Assembly (NCBI RefSeq): GCF_030028105.1
Contig: NC_092372.1
Span: 172,242,058 to 172,306,057 of the forward strand
Length of the DNA: 64,000 nt
DNA from: Mobula birostris
Taxonomy: Eukaryota
Reading direction: 5' to 3'
Position 1 is the first letter of the stretch; every line of letters starts with the position of its first letter. Below, piece after piece: positions 62,764 through 64,000 of the stretch. The translations under genes were made by a program, and so were the position numbers. Below the pieces are notes generated by a model that did no database searches, had not been told where the DNA came from, and saw nothing but the letters and a program-made list of their open reading frames with translations.

Positions 62764-63789
62764 TGTACAAGTTGCAATAAGCCTAAGGAAAGACAGCAGC
62801 CATGTGAGATTGACTGTGGCGGTGTATAGTCTAGCCCAGACAAGAGGGATCTTTGAAGTAAAACCACTGGAGTCAACTTTAGTTACTGCAGATAGATAAG
62901 TACAAATGACAGTGGCAGTGTGTAATCAACCTAGAAAAACATAGCTTCCCTTTACACAGTGGGGTGCCAGTGACAGACAAAACAGGAATAACAGAAGAAT
63001 GTGAATACACCCAACAACTAAGGGACAATTGCTCTACGAGTTTTTAGTGTCACTGATTGTCAATCTGTGGTTTCTATGGACTTAACATCTTTATTGTAAC
63101 TAGCGATGATCTTGCAAGTCAGGAATTCAAACATATGCAGTGCTGTGCAGAAGTCTGAGGTGTGGGTATGTATGTATAGCTAGGGTACCTAAGACTTTTG
63201 CACAGTACTGTATTTGTCACTTGGAGTGGAGAACAAGTATATAAATCTGGTGGGAGCAAAGAATATTGGGAATGCTGAGGGTGGAGCGCCATGGGAAGGG
63301 TGTGGGATAGGTGGTAGAGGAGTGCCAGAGGCAGGGGAGGCATGGATGCAGACACACCCTGTCCTGATACACCAAGAAGGTAATTTGATTCCAAACAATT
63401 GGTTTATTGACCTTTACAGGATGTCTCTTTGGTGCTTCTCGCTCCATCCCCTCTTCCTTTCTGTTTTTCCATTCATGATTCTCCTGTCCCTGCTCCCTTC
63501 CCATTCTCAGTCCACAATAGAGACCCATAACAGAATCAGGTTTATCATCGCTCACATGTGTCATGAAACTTTATTTATGGCAGCCGTATAGTGCAATACA
63601 TAAAATTACTACAGTACTGTGCAAATGTCTTAGGCACCCTAGCTCAATATATGTCTAAGACTTCGGCACAGCACTATACAATTTACCAAATGGTCAATAT
63701 CTGTAACTGATAAACCAGTTCAGCATAAAAATAGCAGTTTTCTCTCCTGGCTTCAAAACAATGTGGGTAACAAGAACTTCTTTTTCCCA
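62764..63789 (+). repeat. ERV 3' LTR (interrupted at 63138-63676, 3' part shortened)
   Basis: TGTACAAGTTGCAATAAG aligns with TGTGGAAGTTGCAGTAAG (24858). aatcaacctagaa...catag.ttccctttacacagt and gatcttgcaagt.aggaattcaaacata are shared with the 5' LTR. Confidence 0.8.
63138..63676. mobile_element. Composite Tc1-like MITE bounded by two palindromic mini-MITEs
   Basis: 63138-63210 and 63612-63676 each read CAGT(A/G)CTGTGCA...TAAGACTT..GCACAG(T/C)ACT(G/A). Inserted at the TA of aaacata|tacaattt, which is contiguous in the 5' LTR. Confidence 0.8.
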
Positions 63790-64000
63790 ACTGCCTGGAG
63801 CTCTACAGTCACCATCTGAGAACATGGAAACATGCATCTGACTCATTTCTCTAAAACTAGAAATAAAGATTAACAGGCCCATTTTCAATTGTGTCATAAA
63901 CAATAGAAGTGTAGGATAGCAATTAGAATATTGCAACTCTAAATAGGAAATATTTTTCATTTGCTATATCCAAAACCTGCTGAGAATTAAAGTTGTACCC

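Larger units (their letters stand above)
49170..63789 (+). mobile_element. Decayed class I (gamma/epsilon-like) endogenous retrovirus provirus with many nested insertions
   Basis: Two homologous LTRs in direct orientation, gag-RNaseH-IN-env remnants in the correct order on +, PPT before the 3' LTR, flanks AGTGC (49165-49169) / ACTGC (63790-63794). Confidence 0.85.

Noticed and set aside
1-64000. CRISPR array, prokaryotic operon or defence system
   Set aside because: No regularly spaced repeat-spacer structure and no dense intact ORFs. The content is vertebrate transposon-derived.

Overview
Eukaryotic, repeat-saturated, intergenic or intronic DNA. The repeat spectrum (CR1, Rex1-type, Penelope with hammerhead ends, HERO, Mag-type Gypsy, Tigger, hAT, Chapaev3) suggests a cartilaginous fish, probably a ray; this is inference. 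I could not support any host-gene exon, rRNA/tRNA gene or CRISPR array, and most ORF-track entries are TE fragments or antisense shadows. The main hidden structure is a heavily decayed class I (gamma/epsilon-like) endogenous retrovirus spanning ~49170-63789: 5' LTR, gag (MA/CA/NC remnants), RNase H, integrase pieces, env (SU CxxC motif, heptad, immunosuppressive domain), PPT and 3' LTR. Protease and RT are apparently absent, and the provirus is split by about nine later insertions. A solo LTR of the same family sits at ~24.9 kb. Other notable items: a near-intact 5'-truncated HERO-type RLE retrotransposon, a Chapaev3 remnant, a Tigger4/Zombi-like element inside a solo LTR, an inverted pair of 6-bp-TSD hAT-like elements, an intact minimal hammerhead ribozyme in a Penelope copy, and several templated junction or inverted duplications. 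Boundaries were read by eye and are approximate unless TIRs or TSDs are quoted. Family names come from recalled motifs, not database searches.
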